Positions 1-12,407 of a stretch of 64,000 nt of DNA are shown one piece after another. A program made the translations under genes and the position numbers. How positions within the stretch are numbered: the stretch's first letter is position 1; every line of letters begins with the position of its first letter. Where the stretch lies: positions 46,996,001 to 47,060,000 of the forward strand of contig OZ024751.1 in assembly GCA_964016885.1 (NCBI GenBank), in the 5' to 3' direction. Under the pieces are notes generated by a model that saw only the letters and a program-made list of their open reading frames with translations, ran no database searches and was not told where the DNA came from. The stretch comes from Eledone cirrhosa. Lineage: Eukaryota.

Positions 1-645
1 GTAGTTGTAGTTGTAGTAGTAATATTAATAGTAGAATTAGTTGTTGCTGTATGTGTGTGTGTGTGTGTGTGTCTATGGGACTGCGTAGCTTTGTCTGTGT
101 GGGTCTGTGGGGATGCATGTGTTTGTGTGTGTGTATGTGTGTGTGTGTATGTGTGTGTGTGTGTTTATGTTTGTGGCTTTGTCTGTATGGTTGTGTGCGT
201 GTGTGTAGTTCTATATGTGTGAATGTGGCTCTGTGTGTGTGTATGTGTGCTTGTGGCTATGTGTGTGTGTCTGTGTGTATCACTGTGTGTATCACTGTGT
301 GTATTTGTGTGACTGCATGTCTGTATATGTGCGTATGTGCATGTGTGCATGTATGTTTAGGACTGTGTGTGTTTGTGTGACTGTGTCTCTGTGCGTGTCT
401 GTGTTGTTGTGGCTGGGTGCGTATGTGTGTGTGTATGTGTCTGTAGCTGGATATGTGTATGTGTGTGTATATGTGTGTGTGTGTATGTGAGTGTGTGTAT
501 GTGTGTGTATATGTGTGTAGTTGTGTATGTCCGTGTGTGTATGTATGTTAGTGGCTGTGTGTGTGATTATATATGTGGCTGCGTGTGTGTTTGTGGCTGG
601 GTGCGTATATATATGTGTGTGTATATATGTGTCTCTGACTGTGTG

Positions 646-683
<38 letters not shown>

Positions 684-700
684 TCCGTGTGTATGTGAAG
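1..700. repeat. Degenerate (GT)n/(GTAT)n microsatellite
   Basis: Visible low-complexity GT-rich tract; the ORFs here are poly-CV artefacts. Confidence 0.95.
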
Positions 701-1026
701 TCTATTGTTACCTGAACTGTTACCGTTGGCTCTCCCTTCTCTCCCCTTCCTTCCTCTTATCGCTCTCCATCTTACTCTCTCCTTATCTCTAACCACCACC
801 ACCACCACCACCACCACTATGTCTTCCTCTGCCCTCCGCCTCCATCACTATCCCCCCTCCCCCTCTCTCTCTGTTGTACTCCTTCCATCGTCACACCTTC
901 AATCAGGGAAGGAGGTAGTGGGAGAGATGGGTTCCGTAGGGGAGAGCCATTTGAATGAAACCCTTATTATTCGCGCACACACACACACACACGCATACAT
1001 ACATCTATTTATATTTGCACACATAC

Positions 1027-1080
<54 letters not shown>

Positions 1081-1530
1081 CTTTCCACATATATATTTAC
1101 ATGTAAGTGTGCCACTCTACCGCTCTCCCTCTCTCTCTCTCTTTCTACATATATATATATATAAATATACATATATATACACACACACACATATATATAT
1201 AAAACATAAAGGGAAGCTGTGTCTCCCACACACGAAACGTTTTTTAAACGGTGAACGTCTGCGAATGCTTACTCAGTCCGTTTGATAATTATCCTGGAGT
1301 ACAAATATACCTAGAAACCCATACATACATTACACAGCGCTAACGTATTAGCGCTCGATACGAATGTATATAAATCCATTTATTTATCTATATAAATGTG
1401 TGTATGTAGAACGACGGACAAAAAGCCGCACACATAAAATATATACAAAATATACAAAACAGAATGAGTGAAAAACACTGAGAGGATATTTTGAAAAAAA
1501 AAAATCAAAAAAACATACCAACAAAATATA

Positions 1531-1649
1531 TAATTGTTTCTACTTTTGGCACAAGGCCAGCAATTATTCCAGTGTATTACTGGTACTTTATTTTATCGAC
1601 CCCGTAAGGATGAAAGGAAAAGTTAACCTCGGCGGGATTTGAACTCAGA
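1531..1649 (-). mobile_element. tRNA-derived SINE, 3' part
   Basis: Reverse complement of the window's SINE consensus (CTGAGTTCAAATCCCGCCGAGGTTAACTTT...GGGGTCGATAAAATAAAGTACCAG...GGCCTTGTGCCAAAAGTAGAAACAAT). Confidence 0.85.
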
Positions 1650-1745
1650 TCAAAATATATAATAAGCGAAAAATTGATTTGAAAAGAAAAAAGGAGTTGT
1701 GAGATTTTATTTAAAATATACCCTTTAAAATACACCCGAAACAAA

Positions 1746-3958
1746 ATGGTGATGTATTTGAATAAAGAAATTCTACTTCGGCCTATGACTTGTATTGATT
1801 CAGCAGTGGCTAACGTGAAGTTAGAGCCTTTGACGTCTGTGGCGTTTTCTGTTCCCGCCTCAACTGATCTTCCTCTTACTACTACTTCTGCTACCACTAC
1901 TGACGCTATTATGTCGACAACTAATACTACTACTGCTACTACTGCTATTACTGCTGGTTTTACTGCTAACGAGGATGTTGTTGATTATGTTGGTGTCGGG
2001 AACCCGTCGGCGTTATCTTGGGGTAGCCGTGTTACCAGGGGTATCACTGGGCCTCTGTCCTCTGCCGTACACTCTCCCCCAACACACCTACTACCACCAC
2101 CAGCAGCAACGGAAAACACCAGCCCGAACGTGTTTCATGAAAATGACCACCTCCACAACCACCACCACAACCACCACCACCACCACCACCACCACCACCA
2201 GCAACAACATCAACAACAACAACAACACCACCACCAACACTACACCCAGCAGCCTCAGCACAACCCATTCCAGCATCACTACTTACATCAACAGCCGGAG
2301 ATATCCATGAAATTAAATACAGTTATGGATAGTCCGTTGTCAATCTCAGCATCTCCTTTGTCTGTCACAGCCTCCTCAGTCTCGTCATCATCATCATCGT
2401 CATCATTGTCATCATCGTCATCATCATCATCATCAGCGTCATCATCATCATCATCACCCTATTCATCTTCATCACCGTCATTTTCTCCTCTTTACACGGC
2501 CGATCACAAACCTCCTATTCTGAGATCGAACCTGCAGCAGCAGTTATTGCCACAGAATCAACCTCAACCTCAACCTCAACCTCAACCATCACTACCACTA
2601 CCACTACCACTACCACCACCGCCATCATCACCATCATCATCATCACCGCTATCACCACCATCATCACCAACACCGCCACCGCCGCCACCACAACAACAAC
2701 AACAACAACAACCGGATGTAAAGGCAGCTGTTACATGTCCGGTTTTGTTGCCGACGTCTCGCCTGCACTGTAGGGATTCCGTTACCCTTGTAAACCCCAC
2801 TGATACAGCAGCAACAACAACAACAACAACAGCAGCAACAGCAATAACAACAACACTTCCACCATTACCACTACCACTATCACCACGAACACTAACAACA
2901 ACAACAGCAACAAAAACAACAAAACTATTGACAACCTCAAGAACAAAAAAACTAACAGAAATGACAAAGGCAACGAAACCACCAGTTATATCTCGCTCAC
3001 CAACTTCATCATCATCATTATTGTCATCATCATTTTTATCATCACGATCATCACCATCATCGTCAACACTGCCATCATCAGTATCGTTAATATCCTCATC
3101 AACGGACCCGCTTGACCAGTTGAAAAAGAAACAAGCGGCCAGTCCCGAAAAACTGAGTAACGCTAGACGACGTAATGGCCCTAAGATGACAACGATGAAA
3201 AAGAAACGTTACACCAAGTCCCGAATGCGAAACTGTAACCCTCTAATCGTGATGAAAATAAAAAAAAACCGACGAATCAAGGCCAATGATAGAGAACGTT
3301 CGAGAATGCACAGCTTAAACGATGCTTTGGATTGTCTTCGAGAAGTTCTACCGAATTATTCTGATGAAGGTAAGCTAACGAAAATTGAAACCTTACGGTT
3401 TGCCCACAACTATATATGGACTTTAAGTGAAACTCTTAAGCTAATGGATACGGCCGAAAGTAAGGGGGATTTCGGCCAGATACCCGAGAGGTTAGCCACC
3501 CTCGGTTTATTTGGACGACTTTCTCAATACAAACACCACCACCACCATCATCACCATCACCACCACCGACAACAACAGCAACAACAGCAACAACCACCAC
3601 AACCACCACAACAATCACAACAACATCCACTACAACCACAACAACATCCACTACAACTGCAGCCACAACAACTGTTGTTACAGGGACCACCACCACCACC
3701 ACCTTCACTACTGCCACAACAACAACAACAACAACTAATATTACAACAACAACAACAACAACAACAGCAACAGCAGTCATCACAACTGGAACATAAACTA
3801 CTACAACAACCACAACCACCACATCTATTATCACAATTAGCAACAGCACAACAACTACCACCACTACCTCAACTGCTGCCTATACAAACAAAACAACAAC
3901 AACAGGTCTTACTCGCACACGATACAGAAACAGATGAAGACGAAGATGCTGATGATAT

Positions 3959-4008
<50 letters not shown>

Positions 4009-4389
4009 CAGACCGGGTGCTTAACCGGGTAGTTGACACGAGTTTTCTGCAAGACTTCCTGCTGTCGGGGGACGACGAAGCCTCCCCGTCTTCTGAAGAT
4101 CGAGAGGAATCGAACCTCTTCCACCATCATCACCATCACCACCACCACCATCACCACCGCCGCCGCCGCCGCCGCCACCACCCCCACCCCCACCCCCACC
4201 GCCGCCACCAGCTTCTCCTTCGCCGCGAAGCAAACGGCTACTGCGACGGCGGGGGCGCCGGGGCTGTCGGCGTTGTCAATAGCAACGACGCGATTTGCAG
4301 CGATCCGCTCTACAAATCGTGGGTCGACGGTGGTAACTATGGTGATAGAAGCAACGAACTTGACAACAACAGTGATATGGAAGTCAGCA

Positions 4390-4421
<32 letters not shown>

Positions 4422-4495
4422 AACAATTGTAGTAGTAGTAGTTGTTGTAGTATTAACAGTGATAGCAGTAGTAGTTGTAGTGATATTAGCAGTAA

Positions 4496-4526
<31 letters not shown>

Positions 4527-4592
4527 GGTGGTAGTAGTGGTGGTAATGATACAATCAGCGACGTTGCTGAGATTCGATCGTCAAACCTCAGC

Positions 4593-4624
<32 letters not shown>

Positions 4625-4808
4625 CTGTAACCACTCCGCCACCACCAACACCACCACTGCCGCCCAAGACCGTCGCCACAACCACCATCATCATCATCGT
4701 CGTCGTCACCACCCCTACCACCAATATCAACAGCATCAGCATCAACATCAACAAGATGGCGACGTTACGAAACTTCGGCTCCAACAAAACCGCTACTTCC
4801 AACAACAA

Positions 4809-4839
<31 letters not shown>

Positions 4840-4946
4840 CGAGAATTGCATCAGAAAAGAATGATGGACTCCACTTCACCTCCACGATGATACAACCCAA
4901 CTTTAACATTCGAAAAGATAACTTTATTGAACTCACAGAACTATGA
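1746..4946 (+). CDS. ngn: Neurogenin/tap-family proneural bHLH transcription factor (single ORF, 1066 aa)
   Basis: bHLH at about 3261-3440: [56 protein letters not shown]. The ANDRER..MH.LN.ALD.LR and [17 protein letters not shown] motifs are typical of neurogenins (NeuroD has ANARER and KIETLRLA.NYI). The frame stays open for 3.2 kb across trinucleotide tracts. The start codon is not verified. Confidence 0.9.
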
Positions 4947-5212
4947 TGATGATGATGATGATGATGATAGTATCAACAGTAACAACAACGACGAGGTGGG
5001 AGTCCCCTACCTGGCTGTTTCGTTTGCTAGAAATAACAGCTAATTCTTCCTCAAATCATTCTCTGCTGTCTTAGGAAACAAAGAGAAAGATCATTGAATA
5101 ATATACTCCTAAACATATATATATATGTATATATGTATGTATATATATATACGTATATATATACATATATACATACATATATACATACATATATACATAT
5201 GTACATACAAAG

Positions 5213-5264
<52 letters not shown>

Positions 5265-5376
5265 ATGTGTTCACTCACACCCTACAAATAAGAAAGCCAC
5301 TAACTGACATATTTACAAATCACTGGAACTGTCTTGGCTCAAACAACACCAATAACGTGTTAATCGATATAATATA

Positions 5377-5544
5377 TTGGTTGACTTATTCCTAACTCAT
5401 CAATCCATCATTCTGCTCCTTGAACTCAAATCAACAAAAACTTACTTTATCGATCTATATTTGGTTGACTTGTTCCTAACTCATCAATCCATCATTCTGC
5501 TCCTTGAACTCAAATCAACAAAAACTTACTTTATCGATCTATAT
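5377..5544 (+). repeat. 84-bp direct tandem duplication
   Basis: TTGGTTGACTT(A/G)TTCCTAACTC...TATCGATCTATAT occurs at 5377-5460 and 5461-5544. Confidence 0.9.
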
Positions 5545-5584
5545 TTTTTTCCTCTTTTTCCTCATTTTTTTAACATTGATCATC

Positions 5585-5760
5585 CAGGTGGTGTTATTAA
5601 GTTATACATGGCCTGGGCCAATACTGGCCGAAACCTATCAAAGTTATCATTCTTTCTTTGAAATAAGAACACATTTTATATTTGGAGAGGGTTATGTTTT
5701 TATATTGCCAGAAAAGATATATAGTAAAACACACTCCCTGTTTGGTTTTATTTGAACGAC
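5585..5760 (+). mobile_element. Dispersed repeat fragment(s)
   Basis: AGGTGGTG.TATTAAGTTA.ACATGGCCTGGGCCAATACTGGCCGAAACCTAT recurs at 48305-48365; 5675-5750 resembles 34765-34840. Confidence 0.6.
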
Positions 5761-5990
5761 AAAATGTGGTGAAATGGCGGGCGGGGAGCATGCTTATTAT
5801 AGAAATACCAAAATAGTTCTAAGTGGTTTTCCGTATGAATGATTCTTTTGTAGAGTTAAAACAAGGATCCTAGAACTTTGGAAATTTACGACAACAACGA
5901 TAACAATTCTTTGGAGAACATATATATATATATGTGTGTGTATGTATATGTACATGCATATATATGTATGTATCTCTCTCTCCCTCTCTG

Positions 5991-6022
<32 letters not shown>

Positions 6023-6186
6023 TGTATGTGTGTGTATGTATATGCATATATATATATATATGCATATATATATATATATATATATATTTATATTTGTGTG
6101 TGAGTGTGTGTGTGTTGGATTTATTTCGGTCACAAAGGTACTGTAAAAACTAATCTCAATACTTTCATAAACATTTTTCTTGTCTT

Positions 6187-6257
<71 letters not shown>

Positions 6258-6316
6258 TGTTGACATGTAACTATTTTGGAGATTTCAACATCATCGATAG
6301 GAAGAGAGCGGGCAGG

Positions 6317-6347
<31 letters not shown>

Positions 6348-6379
6348 TTAACGATTGTTGCACAGCACTGAGAACACTT

Positions 6380-6449
<70 letters not shown>

Positions 6450-6822
6450 CGTGTACATATATATACATATATATATATACATACATATGAGTGTATGCGT
6501 TTGTGTTTGTGTGTGTATGTCTGTGTGTGTGTATGTAAACATGAGATGTAAACACGGGATGACAGACAGTTACCGTAGCTCGATTTTGTAGAACTGACAT
6601 TTAAAGAAAGAAAATAGAATAGAATAGAGAGGCGCGGGGGGAGGGGGTGAAGATGATAGGGAGGAAAGGAGGAAGTAGAAGAGGGGGTGAAAGAGAGAGA
6701 AAGAGAGAATACGATTGAGAGTGAGTAGCGGTAAGAGTATTGAGCCAGGACGAAGTGAAAGGTGTCACGTGATTAAATGTAAACTGCAAGAGCAGACGAT
6801 ACAATTAAGACATTTATTTACC

Positions 6823-6870
<48 letters not shown>

Positions 6871-6949
6871 CATGCATATCACACACATACATAAATACGT
6901 GTACACACATATATATATATATTTATATATAATACAAACAAACTTACGA

Positions 6950-7024
<75 letters not shown>

Positions 7025-7470
7025 TATATCATCACCCTCATTATCAAGATCCAAAATCATTTGATAATATTTATTCATTTATTTGTAAATCAATAGTTTA
7101 ACTTTATCGCCTTTTTTTTTTGTCAAAACCTATTTAAATATATTGTATTTTTTGAAATTGAATCTTACTTACGTCAAATTTGCCTTTCATTCAACCTTCG
7201 GTGTGCCGATATGATAAATCACCAGTCATATACTGAGGATACTATCATCGGCTATACTTTCCTCTGAAAATCATTTCTGGCTTTATGCCTATGTTAGAAA
7301 AAAAACTGTTATTATTATTTTGTATAAAAACTGGAGAGAAAAAAAAATGAAAAAAAAAATATTTTTATATATACATATATATAAATAAATAAATTTAAAA
7401 TATAAATAGACTTTTGTTATTTTTGTTTTTGTTGTTGTCTGTGAATAATTTACATTTTGAAAATTGTGTA

Positions 7471-7661
7471 CGAGGGTCAGCTGAAAACTTCATAGGCTGA
7501 CCAAGATACTATCATGGAATGGCCAAATAAGGTTTTATTTTTAAGCCTAAGTCTCTAGAAAGAAGCAATTCAGTCATTAATAAGAAGATTTGAAATTAAT
7601 ACATGGAAGATTTCAAATCATCCCTTCATAGTCCGCCTATGAATTTTTCAGCCGACCCTCG
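7471..7661. mobile_element. Tc1/mariner-type MITE
   Basis: TIRs CGAGGGTCAGCTGAAAACTTCATAGGC / GCCTATGAATTTTTCAGCCGACCCTCG, flanked by TA on both sides. Confidence 0.85.
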
Positions 7662-7984
7662 TAAATACTTATAGTAAGTACTCGTGTATAAGTTGCACTA
7701 TTTTCAACGAAAATTCGACGTAAAAAAATCAACATGCGCCTTATCTACGGGTGCTAGACCTACAAAACCTCAGTCAAAAATATAGGGTACATTGTAAATA
7801 TTGTATGTAAAATGAGAGAGCGACTTATACGTATAAGAAAAAAATTTGTTTTTTTTTTAATCTTGAAATTTAAGAGAGAAAAACTAAATGTTTATAAATT
7901 GCTTTATTGTAAATTTCAATTTTATTTCGACACGGATTTGAATTTGAATTTCAATCTTTGGAATTTTGAAGAAAACGAAGCTAT

Positions 7985-8120
7985 CTGACATCTGGAGTAA
8001 AAGAAAGTGTCCAGGTCTTCACAGGCTCACGAACATCTGGAGATGGGGCAGTGACCATGGACTTCACAGGGGTTACGACATCTGGAGAAAAGGACAGGCC
8101 CTTCGACATCTGGAGCAAGA
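7985..8120 (+). repeat. Degenerate ~45-bp repeat carrying four ACATCTGGAG boxes
   Basis: CATCTG at 7989, 8034, 8079 and 8107, each followed by GAG. Confidence 0.7.
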
Positions 8121-8192
8121 GACAGTGTGTGTGTGTCTGGTACAAAGGTATGACAGGGGAGATAATGGAATAATAACTGCAAAGGCGAAAAC

Positions 8193-8231
<39 letters not shown>

Positions 8232-8746
8232 GACACACACACACACACACACACAGACTCACATACACACACATATACATACATAAAAGGATGAAAGTGG
8301 TTATAAAATAATGGTTTCTGATTTAGGCCCAACGCCAAGAATTTGTATTTGTCTGGTTGTGCATGCGTGTGTGTTGTGTGTGTGTGTTGTGTGTGTGTGT
8401 TGTGTGTGTGTGTGTGTTGTGCATGCGTGTGTGTTGTGTGTGTGTGTGTGTGTGTGAACAATTTGATAATTAAAGCGATAAAGGCAGGCGGTGTTGTCAG
8501 TGGTTTAATAAAACGAAGAGAAGCAATACGTTGCAAGGGAGGTAACCCAGTAATTCTAGATACATTTATACTCCGCCGTCCAGTAATTAAAAAAACAAAA
8601 CAAAAAAACCCATTCATTGTATGAACAAATGTGTTGTTGTTTAGCCACGATTCGCTTCTCATTTCGAAATTTAGAAGATTTTTAGATACTTCATCGTTTG
8701 CTCGTTTAAAGAAAATAGAAAATACAAACTACATCCATCCATTCTT

Positions 8747-8810
<64 letters not shown>

Positions 8811-8822
8811 CGCGTTTTAATT

Positions 8823-8923
8823 GTCCTAATAACTTATTTTGGTTATTATTGCACCGAAGTGAGATATATGATTTTTAATGCAATGAAATATCTATGATCT
8901 TCGGCAAATCACTGATGAGGGAC
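8823..8923 (+). ncRNA. Non-circularly permuted hammerhead-like ribozyme, subfamily 1
   Basis: GTCC/GGAC, TAATAAC/GTTATTA, TTGCA/TGCAA, CCGAAG/CTTCGG, AGATAT/ATATCT (stem III), TGATTT/AAATCA (stem I); GAA at 8885, CTGATGA at 8912; predicted cleavage after AUA at 8868. Confidence 0.7.
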
Positions 8924-8961
8924 TTATTTTATTACATGTTATCCATGTGCTACCTGCAGTA

Positions 8962-9065
<104 letters not shown>

Positions 9066-9133
9066 TGTCTTTCCAATAGCCGAAATACGATCCTCGCTAA
9101 TTTATATTTATATATATATATATATATATACAT

Positions 9134-9268
<135 letters not shown>

Positions 9269-9298
9269 CATATATATATATACATATATACACATATA

Positions 9299-9611
9299 TT
9301 GAAGAGTTAAACAAAATTCAATGAGTCTATCAAAGAATAAGTTTTACAGTAGATTGGAGGATTATTTTCTACGGAGGATTATTTTCCGGAGTTATTAATA
9401 TTAGAATATAAATATTAATAAAATAGATGTTCTTTTGATCAATTACATTTTATTATACATATTTCGGATTAAATCTTAACCATTTAACATCTCAGGGTAT
9501 GTCATGTATCATTATATTTTGTCTGATGAGGACGTACTGTTGTACATCCAAAATATGTATAATAAAATGTAATTGATCAAAAGAACATCTATTTTATTAA
9601 TATTTATATTC

Positions 9612-9614
<3 letters not shown>
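9299..9614. mobile_element. Fold-back Penelope-type pLTR fragment with type I HHR (9516-9568, +)
   Basis: Inverted arms 9401-9469 / 9546-9614. ATTTTGT-CTGATGA-GGACGTAC TGTT GTACATCC-(A)AAATA TG TATA-ATAAAAT; this copy has G12A, while the inverted arm retains GAAA. Confidence 0.75.
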
Positions 9615-9688
<74 letters not shown>

Positions 9689-9782
9689 TATATATATATA
9701 CACACGGGGTAACAGATTATTGTTATAGGTAGTCCACTTAAGTATAGTCCACTTGTATAGCAAACCGTGTCACTCTTCTTTC

Positions 9783-9848
<66 letters not shown>

Positions 9849-9851
<3 letters not shown>

Positions 9852-10145
9852 TGAAAGTAGCGATTCTTTGCTTAAACCTTTATCTTTTATTTTAATATGT
9901 ATTTATATATGTATATTAATCAAAAGCTTGATTAATATACATATATAAATACATATTAAAATAAAAGATAAAGGTTTAAGCAAAGAATCGCTACTTTCAC
10001 CCTTAACGGGATCTTCTGAAGATCCCGTTAAGGGTGAAAGCAGCGATTCTTTGTTAAACTTTAATCTGTTATTTTAATAAATATTTGTTCTACGGTTTTT
10101 AATATATCTTTTTATATATTATCCTTATCGAGCCCTCTTCGGATT
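9849..10145. mobile_element. Double palindrome next to (TA)n with HHR-like core
   Basis: Palindrome centres at about 9925 and 10017; CTGAAGA-TCCC GTTAA GGGT-GAAAG at 10016-10040. Confidence 0.6.
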
Positions 10146-10187
10146 TTTGTCTTCACATTTATTATTATTATTATTATATTCTCGACG

Positions 10188-10485
10188 AGGGCGGTGGATT
10201 GGCAGTATCGGTGGAGTGTCGGACGCCATGCTTTCCAGCATAGTTACATCCCTTTACGATCTGAATTCAAATCCCGCCGAGGTTGACTTTGCCTTTCATC
10301 CTTACGGGGTCGATAAAATAAAGTACCAGTAATGCACTGGGTAACTGCTGGCCTTGTGCCTAAAGTAGAGACAATTATTATATTCTCGACGGATTTATGG
10401 TCTGAGTTCAAATCCGGTCGAGGTTAACTTTGCCAGTAATACACTGGGTAATTGCTGGCCTTGTGCCACAAAGTAGAAACAATTA
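10188..10485 (+). mobile_element. tRNA-derived SINE (near full length) plus tandem partial copy
   Basis: A box TGGCAGTATCGG, B-box-like GAATTCAAATCC, central GCCTTTCATCCTTACGGGGTCGATAAAATAAAGTACCAG domain. Confidence 0.85.
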
Positions 10486-10486
10486 T

Positions 10487-10522
<36 letters not shown>

Positions 10523-10789
10523 AAAATCCCGGGTCCAATCGGGAGTAACCACAGTAAGATACTCAATATATAGCAGAGTTTATATATTTAATATAGAAAT
10601 GGCTACTACAGGACTAGAACTGTTTCAGATATATATATATATATATTATATGAATCCAAAAATGTGAGGTATGCCGTTGTGTCTGGCGTTGAAAGTAAGT
10701 GAAGATTTGTCAGGGATTTTTTGTTGTATTTTTTCTTCTTTTCCTGCCCAAAAATTTCTGACTGACAAGTTTGCAGGTTTTATCACAAG

Positions 10790-10905
10790 TTGGTCACGTG
10801 TCTCAGTCAAGATGGCTCCGAGTAGCTAAAGAGATGTTTGGCAGCAATGTTAGCCGATAGGGGGAGTGACACCGCGTGCCGCGCAAGCGTGGCACGTGTC
10901 AGTTG
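10790..10905. promoter_or_regulatory. Candidate enhancer island with Hes/E(spl) sites
   Basis: CACGTG (10795), CAAGATGGC (YY1-like, 10808), GGCACGCG on the minus strand (10873-10880), TGGCACGTGTCA (10890-10901). Confidence 0.45.
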
Positions 10906-11107
10906 ACATTAGAGAGAAGGATGGAGAGGGAGAGGGAGAGGGATGGTGAGAGGGAGAGGGAGAGGGAGGGTGAGAGGGATATAGAGAGGGAGGGTGAGAC
11001 GGAAGTGGTAGAGCTGTTAACTAAAAGTACATTATCTTCTGTTGGGTGGTCAGGAAAATCATAAAATAAATGATAGATAGCTAGATAGATAGATATATAG
11101 ATAGATA

Positions 11108-12060
11108 ATTTTCTTTTTATTTGCCACCAGGGCATCAAAAAGTGGGACAAGTACAATGGGGTGAGTTTACATGAAAAGGCGTCCTCAATAAGGAGGAGGC
11201 AATAACAAAGTATAAAAATAACATAAAATATAACAAAATAAATTTTATAACAAAATCCTCAATAGGGAGGAGGCGCCTTGGGGGGTCGCACACACCCCCG
11301 AAAAAAGTGTGCAACCCTTCTCCTCAGGAGCACAGAGAGGGGTGCTCCCTTGATCTTTCATCTTCCTCACCTATAGTCTGAAGTAGAGTGAAGGCCCATT
11401 CACACGGGCCATTCTCGCCACTTTCACCCATCTTTCATAGAAACGGCTGGGGTGCAGCACCTCTCTCTCCATCCTGATCCTTCTTCCGAAATGATATCGG
11501 AAGAAACGGACCAGTTGTTGGCCAGAGAGAAAGGTGTCTGACCTCAGTCCTTTCAGACGCGTCCACCATACAACCTCTTTCGCCATGGCTATTACGCACA
11601 GAAACACCGCCTCTCCTTCGTTTTTGAAGAGGGGAGGCGGCTTGATCGTTACAATAGACTCGGTGGTCAACCGGATCGGTCCCACCCTTGACAGCAGTTG
11701 TTTGACATAGCCCCACAGATCGGCAATGCCCGAGCAGTGTACCAATGCGTGTGCAACGGTTTCCTCGTCGCACACGCATCTGGGACAGATCTTTTTCGAG
11801 GGGTCCCTACCTGGGCGCCCGTGTCTGTAGAGCCTTTCTCGAACGGGCAGAGCCCTTCTGTAGCATTGCCAGGCCAGGGACCTCTGGAAGTTATCCATGG
11901 GTCCCGGGCTGAATGTCCTACCGAACAGGTTGGCCAGTTCGTCTTCCTCCATGCCTAGGGCTTCTCCGAGGGCGTCGTCGCACCTGCTAACCACCAGCCC
12001 TCTATAGAATGGCGAGGTGGATTCTCCACTGACAGCCGGGTTCGCCTGCCAGAGAGCCGT
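11108..12060 (-). mobile_element. 5'-truncated Tx1/L1-clade non-LTR retrotransposon 3' end (zf-RVT region and 3' UTR)
   Basis: ORF ending at 11371 with AWQCYRRALPV...CPRC....ETVAHALVHC...LW (CCHC zf-RVT). AATAAA and a short A tract at the 3' end; (GATA)n on both flanks. Confidence 0.8.
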
Positions 12061-12308
12061 ATAGATAGGTAGATAGATAGATAAATAGATAAGATATATA
12101 TATATATACAAATCGAAGTACAGCATATTCGAAGCTCGAGCATCAGCTAAGCCGATGAATGCATTCAGAAGTGCAGCCAAGCACACGATAAGGTATAAAA
12201 CCTTAGAGTAATAACATACAGTTTAAAGGGTTTTGCAAATTGAAGATAGCGACCGGTAATTCAGCCGCGGGGACCGTAGCAACGAAAGAACTGACTCGTG
12301 AGAAAAAA

Positions 12309-12406
<98 letters not shown>

Positions 12407-12407
<1 letters not shown>

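Noticed and set aside
7665-7835. Possible DNA-transposon remnant (ACTCGTGTATAAG...CGACTTATAC)
   Set aside because: Termini too degraded to define TIRs or a TSD.
12060-12186. N-terminus of the 271-aa minus-strand ORF
   Set aside because: Read-through from flanking microsatellite and unrelated sequence.
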